Source of the DNA: Phoronis australis
Lineage: Eukaryota > Animalia > Phoronida
Length of the DNA: 64,000 nt
NCBI GenBank assembly: GCA_002633005.1
Contig: NMRA01000295.1
Span: 18,105 to 82,104 of the forward strand
Direction: 5' to 3'
The translations under genes and the position numbers were made by a program. This document shows, one piece after another, positions 14,388-27,734 of the stretch. The notes beneath the pieces were generated by a model. It did no database searches and was not told the origin of the DNA. It saw only the letters and a program-made list of their open reading frames with translations. Within the stretch, counting starts at the first letter, position 1. Each line of letters begins with the position of its first letter.

Positions 14388-15522
14388 GTAATGGAATGAT
14401 GCATCGCCATATCCACGTTTTGTATCACAGATATCAACGCAAAATGTTTTGAAAAATTTTGAGAATTCACAAAAATGTTGGAAGCCTTTAAAATGAAAAA
14501 GTTCTTAATTTTAGGAATTCTTTATTTCCGTAACAGGTGATATTTTACCATATGTGCTCACTGGTAAAACACCAGGCTTGAACCCTGGTGGGGGCAGTGA
14601 TCTTTTCAGACTTAACTTTTGGTCACGTGATTTGACCAACAACGTATGTCATGTATGAAGACTAATAATTCTGATTCATACCTGAACTAAATATTACATT
14701 GCTCCTGAGCAGTATCTCATCAACCGAAGTATCAGTGTTATCGACTGTTTCCTCCTCTCAATATGGTTTGTATAGTATATTATTCAATATGTTCATGTTT
14801 AACATAGCTCAGTTTTTGCATTTTTATCATATAACGATTAATCCTTTTTAGCAGGATTAGTAGTTGTCCATGCTGCAGAAGCTGGCAAACTTGAGTCCCA
14901 CTCCAAGTTTAACTTTCTCCAGAACATATTTGAAAGTGAAAAATCATTGAACAACATGGTAGCCATGAGTGACTTTTTTGTTGTCATAGTACACCCTTCC
15001 TACAGTAAAGCTACTTCAACTTCTAACAAACATTTATAACTAAATTACTCATTCTGTTTTTCAAAAGCTGCAGTGTTTCAAAAGTTGAAAATATTGCAAC
15101 TTAAGGAATTTAAGCATATTTTTATCTAAATCATGATTTGCTCTTCAAATCAAAGTTAGTGTTGAAAAGCATACACAGCAGAAGACATGAATGTGCGTAC
15201 TTTGTTAATTCTAATTACTCAAAAAATTGTCAATATTCATTGAAAAATAAGCATTTACCTGTTAAAGTGTCATTTATTTTGTCAGCCTCCTCTTGCAGTA
15301 TGCCACCAACGTGCCAGCTTTGTTGCCAATTGTTGGGGTCTCCTGAAATGAATCCCATAAATACTATAGCTTCTAACAACCATGACTGAACCTGGTATTG
15401 TTGATGTTAAAGAAGTCTGGTATTGTAATCGTTCAGTCATCATATAACATTACCAAGCAAAATTCTTTCTTTAACCAAGTTTTTCAGTGTAATAACAGAC
15501 TTGGTGGTAGCTGCTGTAGTAG

Positions 15523-15603
15523 CCTACCTGGGGAGGTGTTGGTGAAGTAACCTACCTGGTGAGGTGTTGGTGAAGTAACCTACCTGGTGAGGTGTTGATG
15601 AAA
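15523..15603. repeat. 28 bp tandem repeat x3
   Basis: Unit cctacctggtgaggtgttggtgaagtaa. Confidence 0.9.
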
Positions 15604-15849
15604 TCCTTGTGCTTCAATCAATGTTGATTACCCATGTGGTCACCTTTTCTAAGTCTAGCTGGCTCTCATGTGACGTATTTTCAATTATTGGTAGTCGCTG
15701 ATATCAAATCCGCAAACGCAGAATCTGTTGGAGCCAATAAGATGAACTGTTTGAATTGCCACGGTAACCAAGACTCACTAGTGGTTGCTGGTTAACACTT
15801 TGTTCCCAGCCTATTTTAGACTTAAATTTGCTTTGATTCTGTGCTACTC

Positions 15850-16086
15850 AAATTATTGCAGTCACTTCTTTTTAATCGGTAACTAGTTAAATTATTGCAG
15901 TCACTTCTTTTTAATCGGTAACTAGTTAAATTATTGCAGTCACTTCTTTTTAATCGGTAACTAGTTAAATTATTGCAGTCACTTCTTTTTAATCGGTAAC
16001 TAGTTAAATTATTGCAGTCACTTCTTTTTAATCTGTAACTAGTTAAATTATTGCAGTCACTTCTTTTTAATCGGTAACTAGTTAAA
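15850..16086. repeat. 39 bp tandem repeat x6
   Basis: Unit aaattattgcagtcacttctttttaatcggtaactagtt. Confidence 0.95.
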
Positions 16087-16964
16087 GATTCATTTCCATT
16101 GCTCATCCTACTTCATCCTACTTAATATTTGCTTTTCAATAATTTTTTTTGTAGGAACATCAACGGCATTGTTTTAGGATTTTTTTCGTAAGTTATAAAA
16201 GAAAATGTTTTCTTTGCAAGTGCTGTAGCTCATTAGTAGACTGGGACTTCATACAAGTGGACTCGCCTAATAGAGTCATTTATTATTACTATTTAATGAC
16301 TTATAGGGTTCCATCTAATGGAAACATTAACATAAACAACCTACACAAAGTAACATTAGAAATTAAGTGTCAGAATAAATATTGATTAAGTAATAACCAC
16401 GGATAGGTCCATTTTAAGTTGCCCAAAATTTGTAGTTATGTACTTTTAAATCATGGGGTCAAACTTGTTGACATGTATTTTAACACCAAAATCTATTTTA
16501 GATCATGGTGTTTACTACTTTGGTTCTGGGCTCAAAGCACTCTAGCGTGTGACCACAACTGGGGTAAAATCACAGCGCAGCTATCGCGTGCTACGCAGAT
16601 GAACATGTTCACCAATGTCTGCGAAGTTTAGTGAAATGAAGACTAGACTTCGCAAGAATCGTTCTCATCTGAGGTGTTGAATTATGCAGCACACTCTTTA
16701 TGCAAACACTCGGAATAAAAAAATTTATCGCAAGCTCGGCCCCCTTGCAAAATTTCGACAAACACTAAGATTTACCTGGCAACGTGTTGGTTTTCGGGTA
16801 AAACAGCGGCTTGGAAACGAAGGTGTGTCAAGAATGCTGTGTTCTGATTGGTCACTTAAGCCGTCACTCAAAGTCCTGGCGAGAGGTCAATTTGAAACTG
16901 TGTGTTAGAGTGCGCAGGGTCTGCATTTTGGGATGATAAAGCTCTTTGCCAAGTTCCCACTACG

Positions 16965-17163
16965 TGTAGGGACTCAGATCATGAGGTAAGATTAACTGCT
17001 CAGGGCAGTTGTCTGTTGTAATAAGCGCCCATGTTCGGTTAACCGTCCACCTGCGATCTCTTGAAATTTCACGTTTAAGCGCCCACGTCTGGTTAACCAC
17101 CCACCTCCCAATTTTTGGGTTCGCCAATTTAACCACCTAGGGGGTTAACCCAAACGTTTACGG
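16965..17163 (-). mobile_element. orphan terminus of the 33113-35504 family
   Basis: Ends gggttaacccaaacgtttacgg + TA, and is the reverse complement of the 33113-33300 terminal region. Confidence 0.75.
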
Positions 17164-17260
17164 TACATCACACAATCCTGCTTTTATCACCACCTCAGTT
17201 CACTAACGTGCTGTCCACACGCACACTTACCCCAGAACAAGTTGTTCTCTGAACGAGTTC

Positions 17261-17415
17261 AGGGGCGTATCCAGGATTTTGAATTAGGGGGGGCCAGGGC
17301 AAAGTATTAGCCAGGATTTTGCCTGTGAGACATTCGCACCCCGGAGTGCCAAATGGAATATGGGAGAATTTTAGGGGGGGGGGTCATGGCCCCTTAGCCC
17401 CCCTTTAATCCGAAC
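17261..17415. mobile_element. small GC-rich MITE fragment (caggggcgtatccagg type)
   Basis: Typical CAGGGGCGTATCCAGGATTTT start with G-runs and a partial inverted end. Similar starts occur at about 3692 and 8718. Confidence 0.45.
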
Positions 17416-19518
17416 TGGAGTTTTTGCTATGTATTAATGTTGTATGGATGCTATTTAAACTAGCACAACTTTACCCACTTGTGTCAACTTACCCCACCTT
17501 GATAAGGTGGGTTACTGTTCTAGGTTAATTTGCGACACTCTAATTCCCGTATGGATGCAAACCTGAGGCATGGCAGAAGTAATTATAAGCTGCGGTTGCA
17601 TAATTATTTTTTACACACCGTTGTCACATTAAGGAATTCATTGTTACGCACAGAGCGTCAACTTCTGCCTTACCGTAGTTATCGGATATGTGTGTGTGGA
17701 CGCTCCACTTAAAAGTGAGGGAAGTTGCTCTAGTGCAAGCTGCTCTAAGGTTGGCTGTGTGTGGACGGGACTTAATATAAGACAATCTGTTGATGTCGGG
17801 CACAGACTAAGCGGAAGACATTCTCAGATTGTAAGGACTTGTCCCATTCACAAAATCTAAGTTATTGTCTGTTCTTGATGTCAGGTGGTGCAAACCTACA
17901 AGGCTGTGTATAAAATGTGTTACTGGTTACGTACTGTGTTGTCTGAGCAGTTATTGATGACAGTCGCAGGATGTTTGCTTATGAATTTGACCTATTGCAA
18001 GCTCCGCCTCATTGCGAAAAGTCATGTGACAACCGAAAAACAAACAAGATGTCAGAGACAAACGCACTGTCGCTAAACGACGTTATTGATGGAATCGATG
18101 AGTGTGTTTTAGAATATCGGAAAATACTTCGACAAAGACAACAGGCAATGCTTTTCAGCGCAGAAATACCTAAATATTCATGATGTGACAATTTGTAATG
18201 GCGAGAATGAAAAAATAAGTGTTTGAGGAAAATTGTTTCGGAGCTAGCGGAAATCGAGAGAACCCCACATGGTTTACCTTCACTTGACAAATGACAAGGC
18301 CACTTGTTGTATATTTTATGTAAAGCTGGGTATGTACTTTCAAATCGTAATTATGCCATAGATTTCAGGTTAGTTTGAACACAGTCAGTGAATGAAGATT
18401 TTCCGATATTTTTGTTCTGGTGTCTGCTAAATTCTGCCAATTAAAAGTAGTTCACATGTGGGATTACCCAATTAAAGTACTATAGCAATGACTAAAAAAT
18501 TAATGTTCATATCTCATGTACACAGTCATTTTGTCCTAGGCAAGTAGTTAGCTCCTGTAGGTATAGGGCTGTGTCCAAGACAAATTAATGCACAGAATTG
18601 GCCCTAATTGCACCATTAAGACATTTAAATCAGGCGTACCTTCTGATGAACTTTTTTTATTTATTTTTTAATTTTGATTGCGTACCACTCGTGCTATTGC
18701 TGCAATCCAGCAGGTGTAGCCAGACGATTGAACATCCGGGGTCAAAATAGATATGCCTACACTATATCCACCAACTTAAACGGAAAAGTGTGTCTTGGTA
18801 GATTTGTGTTTAACCTTCCAGTATTCAAGCAAGTTCAGCTGCTTGTGTGGCCGTCCACGCAGTTTGATCAATCGTTTACACCTTTTGACATCATTTTTCA
18901 GCTTGGGAATGCCCAAAAAGTGACAGGATATTGTTCTTGAGCTGCTAACAACTGTCACAATTACACATGCCATAGCAACACCGTTTCACCATTCTTATCA
19001 CACAATTTTTCTTGAGTTATAGACTAAAATAAGTTTTACCCGACAATGTGTTGTTTGTCGAGTAAAATGGCAGCTTAGAAATGCAGACAAAAGTATGTCA
19101 AGAATGCTGCGTTCTGACTGATCATTTAAGTCGTCTGTCAAATTCCTGGTGATAGGTAAATTCACAGCAGTCCCCACTAACTTTGTGTGCTAATCTCACA
19201 TTCTGGTATTTAGACAAGAAACTCTGATTCCTGTTTTATTGTCAACCAGTACTAAAGAACACACTTTGGCTTTGAAAACTATACAGTATCTTCCTTTAAA
19301 AACAGTCTTAGTGTCATGAGTAACTTTGGAAATAGTGAAATTTAAGCTCTAACAACACAAACCATAGTCAGCAGATGTCCATACAGACCAGCTGGTAAGG
19401 CGCTGCTAGTGAATAAGAGTGTTCGGGTTTATGTGCAAAATCACATAGCTGTTGCACTTAAAGTGTTAATACAAAACTCATCTAGGTTACCTCTCTCACC
19501 TCTTAATACAGCTGTATG

Positions 19519-19667
19519 CTATATCCTGTATGATATGCTGTGTATGATATATCGTGTATGACATATCCTGCATGATATATCCTGTATCATATATCCTGTA
19601 TGATATGCCGTGTATGATATGTCGTGTATGATATATCCTGTATGATGTCCTGTATTATATATCCTGT
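19519..19667. repeat. 14 bp degenerate minisatellite
   Basis: tatatcctgtatga-type units. Confidence 0.85.
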
Positions 19668-19825
19668 GTGAATTGATGGGCTTAGGTGATGGATATACAA
19701 TGTCCAAAACTCAATAACAGTGTGAAAAATGTATGTATTTACTAGAATTAATTGTAAGGCTTTGCTTTGATATTTACGGTCTATGAATTAGGTGAAGCAA
19801 AAAATCCCCACTAAGTAGCCCTCTT

Positions 19826-19990
19826 AATGTTGGGGAGCTGAAGCCACCCCTCCCAATGTTGGGAGCTGAAGCCACCCTTGCCCTCTCCCAATGTTGGGGT
19901 GCTGAAGCCATCCCCTGCCTCCCAGTTTTGGGAGCTGAAGCCACCCCTGCCCCTTCCCATTGTTGGGAGCTGAAGTTACCCCCTCCCCCC
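19826..19990. repeat. degenerate ~30-37 bp tandem repeat x5
   Basis: aatgttgggagctgaagccacccc units. Confidence 0.85.
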
Positions 19991-20565
19991 TCTCAATAGC
20001 AGTTAGCTTGTCAAGTATGTTACTCTCTGCTGAAAGATCTTGTTTAATGCCCGTGTTTCGACTTTACAGAGTACGGCTCCAATTTATTTTGTTAGATCTT
20101 TCTAAAACTTTCTTTTGACAGAAATTAGATGCTTTATAGTTGAAGTGTGCTGAGGTAATGTGACCTATGGTTTGTGATTCTTGCTGGTTGGGTTGTTGCC
20201 AACCAGACTGGGTTGTTGCCAACCTGAGTCATAGTGACAAATTACTCCAACATTTTACAGAGAAAGTGTTTAAAATACATTGCTAGAAAATGGGTCTTTT
20301 GAAGGGTGACTTTGACTCATGTTTATTCAAACTTGGCTCAACCTATGCAATAAGTGGCAATGAAGTTGTTTCAACAATTTACTTTTCCAAAAAAACTGGA
20401 GACTATAGCAACTTAACCTCAGAAAATGTTTATTTGTATTTTCTACTCATTGGAAAAGATCTTTTATTTCTTCATTTAGTAATGGCGCATTGTTGAATAA
20501 TAGTGACTGGCAACTCTTATTTCTTAAACTATTTGCATGCTTGTCAGTAGCTGCATTTCCACGTT

Positions 20566-21993
20566 CCGTATTCGCCGTAATAACCGCCCATGCCCCTATA
20601 AGCGCCCCCCACGCATTTTCAGACTTTGCTGAAATAAGCGCCCAGTCCATGAACGTGTACATGCGAACAATAACGTACCTACAGTCCTAAAACTCGGCTA
20701 CAGTAACGTCTTCAATTTATCAAAAAAATTTTGCAGGGGTCTTCTAGACCACCAGCGGCACTGCTACGTTTGCATTTAGCCGTGACTATACACTTCAAAG
20801 TAACGCAGCGCTTCAAAAAGAACGCAACGGCGCGTTGCTACTCTCGCGACGACCGTGTTCCACTATGGTCTGACCTTTCAGTGCAGACACATCGACTATC
20901 TCATGAATAAAAATATCTCGGCCGTTAAACGCATGTGGCCAGGAAGCGCGCGCTACATATATGAGTCTGTCATCAAAGACATTAGTCGGGAACTATCCAT
21001 TCATGAAAAGGGTAGCATAGCATCGGTAAGAAATGAATATTGGCACTAATTTTCAACAATTGCTAATACCATAAAACATGTTTGCGTTATTTTTGAAATA
21101 GATTGTTTGATTAACCATCATTGGTGGTTTTAAGCCGAATATCCGATAAAATGACAACTGACAGTGAATGCTTACACACCCTTACACCGAAAAATAACTG
21201 TCAGATAGTTACGTACGCATCCAGTTACACGGCGACTAGTATGGGCCTTACCGAGACAAATGTTGAACGTTTTTAGCACATGAGACCGGTAAGTGCTGAA
21301 TGTAACACGCTCTGGTTTAGACCTACTGCTTGTGCAAATTCCTTTAGACACAATGCACATCTAGCTCGTTAGATTGCGTGGCTCTGGCCAAACAAAGGTC
21401 TCTGCTTCGGCAAATGAACTCTGGTGACACGCACGCGCTCGCTTACTCGCAGACGAACTTCAAAACAAACGTCACGTGACAACAACATGTGTGTTCGTCC
21501 AGACATTTTTCTCGCCGTGTTGCTGATCATACATGTAGATGGCACGATGTTGCACAGATTTGTACTTAAACCTGCCGTTAATCGATCCAGACTCCACAGG
21601 AACTTAAAAAAAATCTTAGGGACGCTACTTGGAAAACTTAATGAGGATTTCAGGTAATTTGCTTGAGTCGAAACTATTTTTATTCAAGCATTAAAGTCGC
21701 CATATCGAAGACGGCGATTTCGAGGCAGTCAGTCGGCGAGTTTTTGCCCTGGGATTTCAGCACAATGTTCTGTATGATCGTAATTTAGCACAAAAGTTTG
21801 ATAGCAATGCACCACAGCGTTTTTGAAAGTCTTTCATAGATTAAAGATACGTCACAGAGCGTAAATTTGATGAACCTTAACTTCCGATTTCACCAGTTTC
21901 GGAGACCGGGTTTCAACCGCCTTGGGTTATAATAAGCGCCCCCCTGAACCGAACTTTTCTAAGCGCCCTGGGCGGTTATTACGGCGAATACGG
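20566..21993 (+). mobile_element. Tc2/pogo-like non-autonomous element (family A), complete copy
   Basis: Perfect 24 bp TIR CCGTATTCGCCGTAATAACCGCCC / GGGCGGTTATTACGGCGAATACGG. Right flank is TA, left flank is TT. No transposase ORF. Confidence 0.88.
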
Positions 21994-22973
21994 TATTTCA
22001 AACTCTCCCTCCACACCGGAAATATTTTAGGAAAAACTTATGTATTGGAATTAATTCCACAAATCGTCATGTCTCCAAGAATTCCTGGTAACTGCCAGAA
22101 TACCAGTATTTTGTCATTCCTATGGGCAGGCACTGGCACTATATCACTGACAACAGAATACGGTGCATGTGTTATCAACCATTGTTTTATTGTATAGATA
22201 TTGTATCATCAGACTTTGGTTACTCGTGAATGAAATTTCCCTGGTGTAAGTCAAGGCAAATTTGGCACAATGTCAAAAGTTTTTGTTTTAATTTTACTGC
22301 AAATATAACAGGATTACTTCCACTAGATTTCATGTGGGAATGGCACTATTTTCAAGTCACAGCACGTTCAAGTTCATTATAGTGACTTTCAGCGTGGTCA
22401 GTATGCTAGTTTTCACACTCCAAAATATGATTACGACATATGAAAAGTTGAGGTTATTATCACAGTTTGGGGGACCTGAAAACCAATATATTGACTGAGT
22501 TAGGAAGTCAATAATTGTTACCTCCAGTAAATAGTTCATGGAAGTAGGCTTTTGAACGTATGTTGATCACTCGTTTGGTCAGTCAGTCACTTGTTTTTTA
22601 CCCAAAATTTGTCATCATACCTGTTGTCCAAATCTTCTAATGATGGCATTATTTCATCTACACATCAGGCGTACTCATTCAAAATGTTGTGTCACTCAGA
22701 TTGATTTGATTTGTATGCGTGTGGGCTTGCATTCCATTATGAACAAGTCTGATTCAAGGCAGCACGGTAAAATGGTTTTAAAAATCTAAACGATTAATAG
22801 TAGTCGGGTTGTTTATGATGGTTTCATTGTGCAAATAGATGGCATTATCCAGACTAATTTACAAATGGTGATTAGTTTGCACTTTAATCACTTGGTAGTG
22901 CTGCTAAATTGTTTCAAAGACACTTTATGAAATCAAGTCGGGAAGTAGGAAATGAAATCTTTATTTCCATATA

Positions 22974-23402
22974 CAAGGTACCTAAACTACACGGTCAACG
23001 GACTCATAAACACGACTCACGGACCTGCAAACACCGTCCACTGACTCACAAACACGGGAACGGACTCAAAAACACGATCCACGCACCCAAATACACGGGA
23101 CACGGACTCACATTCACGAGGAAACACGGTTAACGGACCGCCAAACACGGGTCACAGACAAAATGAAGATGTCAGCTGACCCAGGAAGCCGATGAGTCCG
23201 TGACCCGTGTTTGGCGGTCCGTTAACCGTGTTTCCTCGTGAATGTGAGTCCGTGTCCCGTGTATTTGGGTGCATGGATCGTGTTTTGTGAGTCCGTTCCC
23301 GTGTTTGTGAGTCAGTGGACGGTGTTTGCAGGTCCGTGAGTCGTGTTCATGTGTCCGTGCCTGTGTTTATGAGTCCGTTGACCGTGTAGTTTAGGTACCT
23401 TG
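22974..23402. mobile_element. foldback MITE (long near-perfect inverted repeat)
   Basis: Arms of about 185 and 205 bp starting CAAGGTACCTAAACTACACGG and ending CCGTGTAGTTTAGGTACCTTG, a spacer of about 36 bp, and atata at both flanks. Confidence 0.85.
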
Positions 23403-24368
23403 ATATATCTCTTACACCAGTTTGTTGTGCAACATTTCATTTCATTAAATGATAAATTACAACCCATTGTATTTCTCCCATTTTACTTTCCTCCATCGAA
23501 TGTCTCAACCATTTTCTCATCCAATCAGTGTACTACATTTAATAGGTTGTCTGGTAGGTATCATACCTTCACCACTTCCAGGCTCATGTTACTTTGTATA
23601 GGTGAAATGCGATATCGTTACAGGCAGTGGCAAGTGGCACTGCAATTCTATGTGCATCTTCACAAATGTGGCAAATAAATTCCCAACAAGGAAGTAAATG
23701 ATATTATAGTCTTGTGGCCCACGCATTACACCATTTGCTGCTTCCAGTCACATGACACAATGCATATAAATCAGAAGTAGGATAATTTGTAGTTCTAAAA
23801 CCATGGAGACTTCAGTGGAATGTAAGTGGTCCCTATCACTTCCATCACTTAGTAGCAAGTGATGTCACAGAGCTTGAGTTGCGTGATCCACGTGATCCAC
23901 CTTCACTAATTCAAACCTCGTGCAGCCAATAAGTCGAGCATTTGAAGTCTCAGTTTGTGGAGCTTATTGGACAGATGAAAGTAACACAACTCTGTATTGA
24001 CAGGTTTTTGAACTGCTTGTTCCTTGTAAATTGTTACCCGTGTTTAGCCCGTCGTCGTATTGTTTCGACTACGTTGTAGTTTTATCGTTTGGTGACTAAC
24101 CATGCAGTTTCCACAAACAATAACTACGCCACTTCTTGGGCGTATCCTTAATACACACAGCATGTAAAATACATTTTCAAGTCTTATTTTGTGTCAAAAA
24201 ATTTTTCATTTGCTGTGGATGATGTTAATGAAATTTGGACTTTCCGTGCTCTCAATAAGGATGGTATTGCGAGCTCACAAGACATAATTATTGTTGATTG
24301 AGAGTGGACATTTCAAAAGTTCAGAGCACATGATTGTTATCGTATGCGTAAGCACTAAGATTGTAGGG

Positions 24369-24610
24369 ATCAATGGTGTAGGATTCACTGCTTATAATGA
24401 TTCAGTCTTTTAAGTAATCTCATACTTTATTTAGTGGCCTCCAATATATCAATGGTGTAGGATTCACTGCTTATAATGATTCAGTCTTTTAAGTAATCTC
24501 ATACTTTATTTAGTGACCTCCTATATATCAATGGTGTAGGATTCACTGCTTATAATGATTCAGTCTTTTAAGTAATCTCATACTTTATTTAGTGACCTCC
24601 AATATATCAA
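24369..24610. repeat. 79 bp tandem repeat x3
   Basis: atcaatggtgtaggattcactgc... recurs at 24369, 24448 and 24527. Confidence 0.95.
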
Positions 24611-24612
24611 AC

Positions 24613-24808
24613 ATATGCTTTGTCAACTAGTTAAACTACAGGTTATAAAGATATGCTTTGTCAACTAGTTAAACTACAGGTTATAAAGATATGCTTTGTC
24701 AACTAGTTAAACTACAGTTTATAAAGATATGCTTTGTCAACTAGTTAAACTACAGTTTATAAAGATATGCTTTGTCAACTAGTTAAACTACAGTTTATAA
24801 AGATATGT
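24613..24808. repeat. 38 bp tandem repeat x5
   Basis: Unit atatgctttgtcaactagttaaactacagKttataaag. Confidence 0.95.
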
Positions 24809-25020
24809 TTTATATTTATGTGCCATTATTATTATTACATTAACACTTTTTTAAGTCGGAATTTTAATTTTATGAAAGGCACATTCATACCAAAATAACC
24901 CCTCAGTCAATTTTAATGAAACCTCTTTTAAATGAACACTTCACCAGTTATATCAGAAACAGTGTTAGCCGGTAATTTTCAATTAGTCTTTTAGTTTGGT
25001 TTCTATTGTAAAAGATACCA

Positions 25021-25171
25021 GGGCCCAGTTGCATAAAAGTTGTATTCCGTATAGCTACATTGACATCGCATTGTCACGCGTAATGTTGTTATTGTTGAAC
25101 AATGCACCTGACATCACGCAACAATCAAACTTATCCACAGATAACTTTTGAAGCTTTATGCAACTCACCCC
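25021..25171. mobile_element. small Harbinger-like MITE
   Basis: Termini (ca)GGGCCCAGTTGCATAAA and TTTATGCAACTCACCCC(tg). Confidence 0.6.
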
Positions 25172-27170
25172 TGTGGTATTCATTACGCAGACACTAAACC
25201 TTTTAAAAAATTGAAAATCCTAACGTTTTTGAGATTGATGAATAAATATTTTTATCAAAAGGTACAGTAGGTCTCAGAAGTGCACTGCGTTCCTTCCAAT
25301 GATGTCATCATGCATTGTGATTAGTATGAGCACCACCTAAAGTTCTTATTTGGCACTAAACAGGGCCACTTAAGTGCCAAGTATAAAGTAAAAAAATGGC
25401 ATGGTTATTTAACGTGTTCTATTCTCTGCCTTAAAATTATTTTATTAAAAGCTTCAATTTTATTGGTTTAATGAAATCATAATTTGAGTTGATTCATCAC
25501 ATGAAAAGAATTTTTGTTAAAAAGGTGCAGACAAAAATAACTTATCAAAAATACTCCAATTTAGGCTACTATGCAGTATGGAATTGCCCACAAGGGTTGA
25601 AAGCATTCGGTTGAAAGCATTCGGTTGAAAGCATTCGTTCGAAATATGATACTGCAAACAGAAAAATGGGGTCAGTTGCTACTTATGATAAAAACTCTCC
25701 AGTTTGGAATAGTGAAAACTTTATTACTAGTTACAAAACGCAGTGTCTGATATTTGAGAAGATATGATGAATGCCAAAATTGCCCATGGTGCAATCTTTA
25801 TGATCAAGAAATGTCTCCTTCGGTTGAAATTTTGGTGTCACAATCGTTAGAGATTGTTGCAAGCTAAAGATTTTTTGTCTATCCACACCTAACATAAATG
25901 ATAGTTTATTACAAAGTACGGTACTTCCTTGCCCTGAATTCAGGGGTTCTGACAACCCAGTTTGTCCATGCTATTGACGTGATATATTAAGAAGGAAGAT
26001 TTGGATTTTGTTTGTAGTTTGTATGGAAGTGTAGATAGTTTGATGACCTTTAGATCATTGTCGAGGTCACAGCGAGAAAACCAATTCTTTACTTATAGTA
26101 ATGTTTTTGGCACGATATCTGGTGTCTAATGTTTTCTGCGCCTGGAGAGATGAACAGAATAACCTAAAATGTTCTTGGAACGAATGTGACGCATCATAAA
26201 TGTAATTGTCTGTTCAAAGAACTTTTTAAAAATTGAGTCCAACCACAATTTTTATTACCTTCAAAATCATTACCACTTAAATGTTGTAGCCTTGCAATAT
26301 TCATGCACTTTGCAGTGACGTGGGACAATTTAGTCTCTCTGTGACAAATGCTTGTTTTCACTAGTTTATTAGAGTGGAAAACGTGGGTTTTTGTAATGGA
26401 GATGTGTGTTGAAGTAAATGTGCGTAAAATGGGGGAGACATTGGTTTATCCATTCGTCTTTGTCTATCATTAGAATACGTGCCAAAGACATAAATTCTTT
26501 CCTTGGTAGTGAAAAGTAAGTTGGGATTTTTGTTACCATCAAGCTGTTTTAAGCCGACCGTTTCGCATTAAGTCTGCAATGGGTGATAAAACATGTTCAA
26601 TACTGCAGGCTTTAGGGGTGTTTTAACACAATTCTGTGACGCTTGACTACTTTTCAAATTATCTGCGACTTTTGAATGCTATCCGATTATTTTGATGTCA
26701 TTTTCAGACTTTTGTAGATTAGATTGGCACCTGTGCAGTATAGAAGGTGATTAGGAGTAACATTGTTTCTGTTGGGAAATGAAAATGTCCAATTACATAT
26801 GGTACTCATGGTTTATTTTAATGGATTTCATTGAGTGTATTGATTGTAACTGTCCAGGCTAATGCCCTCTGAGGAATTTTCGTAATTTTTGTTTTCTGTT
26901 CAGTAACCAGTTATCATGCATTTGGTACTTCACAACACCAATGTCTGAGACTTGCAGATCCCAAAATGCACACAATTCACAACGGGTAAAATCTCATTGA
27001 AGTACACTGAGTGCGCTAGACGTGAAATTTTCTCGTGCTTTCCTTATACAGATATGTAGTATCAAATTCAGGCAATTGTCAACCTTTGCAGATTTTTTGC
27101 TCTAAGAATCCAGCATTCATGTTGTAAAACTCTGCCTGTGTTTCATTGTTGCTTATAACTTGTTCATTTC

Positions 27171-27341
27171 ACTTATTGTCTGATGATGAGACATGCAGTC
27201 TCGAAATATATAGCAAATGTTTTAATTTGTTTGTTTATGTCTCTTGGTGTTCTGCTACATAGCTGCACACCTGAAGAAAGGAGATTGTTTGGACATTACC
27301 AGCAACTGTATTAAGCTTTCAAACAAAAAGTTTAGTCATGT
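27171..27341 (+). mobile_element. solo pseudo-LTR of the same Penelope-like family
   Basis: About 170 bp of clear homology to 32555-32731, running from the hammerhead through cacctgaagaaaggagattg to aagctttcaaacaaaaag and gtcatgt. Confidence 0.85.
27176..27216 (+). ncRNA. minimal type I hammerhead ribozyme motif, copy A (solo Penelope pseudo-LTR)
   Basis: ttgt-CTGATGA-t-GAGAC atgca GTCTC-GAAA-tatata-gcaa: both core boxes, a 5 bp stem II, a palindromic rudimentary helix III and stem I (ttgt/gcaa). Confidence 0.75.
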
Positions 27342-27734
27342 TTTCAATGAAGTTTGTATTCATTAAGGGTTGCCACTGAACTGTACCAAATGGTCACATC
27401 ATGAATGTACGATTCTATGCTGAAAAGCATTGCCTGTTGTCTTTGTGGCAGCGTTTTCAGATAGTTAAAAAAAAAACGCTCATTGATTCCATCAAGAATG
27501 TCATTTAGCGACAGTGTATTTGCCTTGGACATCTTGTTTGTTTGTTGGGTGTCATGCAAAATTTTTAATTTGGGTGGAGCTGGCAATAACAAAAACAAAA
27601 GACATTGAAAATGATCAATTTATTCTATTTGTGGACGTATCAGAAGTTTTCTTTAGTCATTCATTGGTTACAATTATTTCATTTTTAATTCTTTCATCTT
27701 GTAGCTTCTAAATTTACAGTTTCTTTGCTTGTAG

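Noticed and set aside
14850-15105. Possible BEL/Pao fragment on the minus strand (KLNLEWDSSLP)
   Set aside because: A single short motif with no supporting RT, integrase or LTR.
15822-16106. Repetitive ORFs in the track (also 31006-31258, 44096-44480, 28794-29216, 43086-43459)
   Set aside because: They are translations of minisatellites or low-complexity DNA with no splice or domain support.
26718-26746. Micro-exon candidate ttgtag|attagattggcacctgtgcagtatagaag|gtgatt
   Set aside because: Weak donor and no spectrin-like translation, so it cannot be supported without transcript data.
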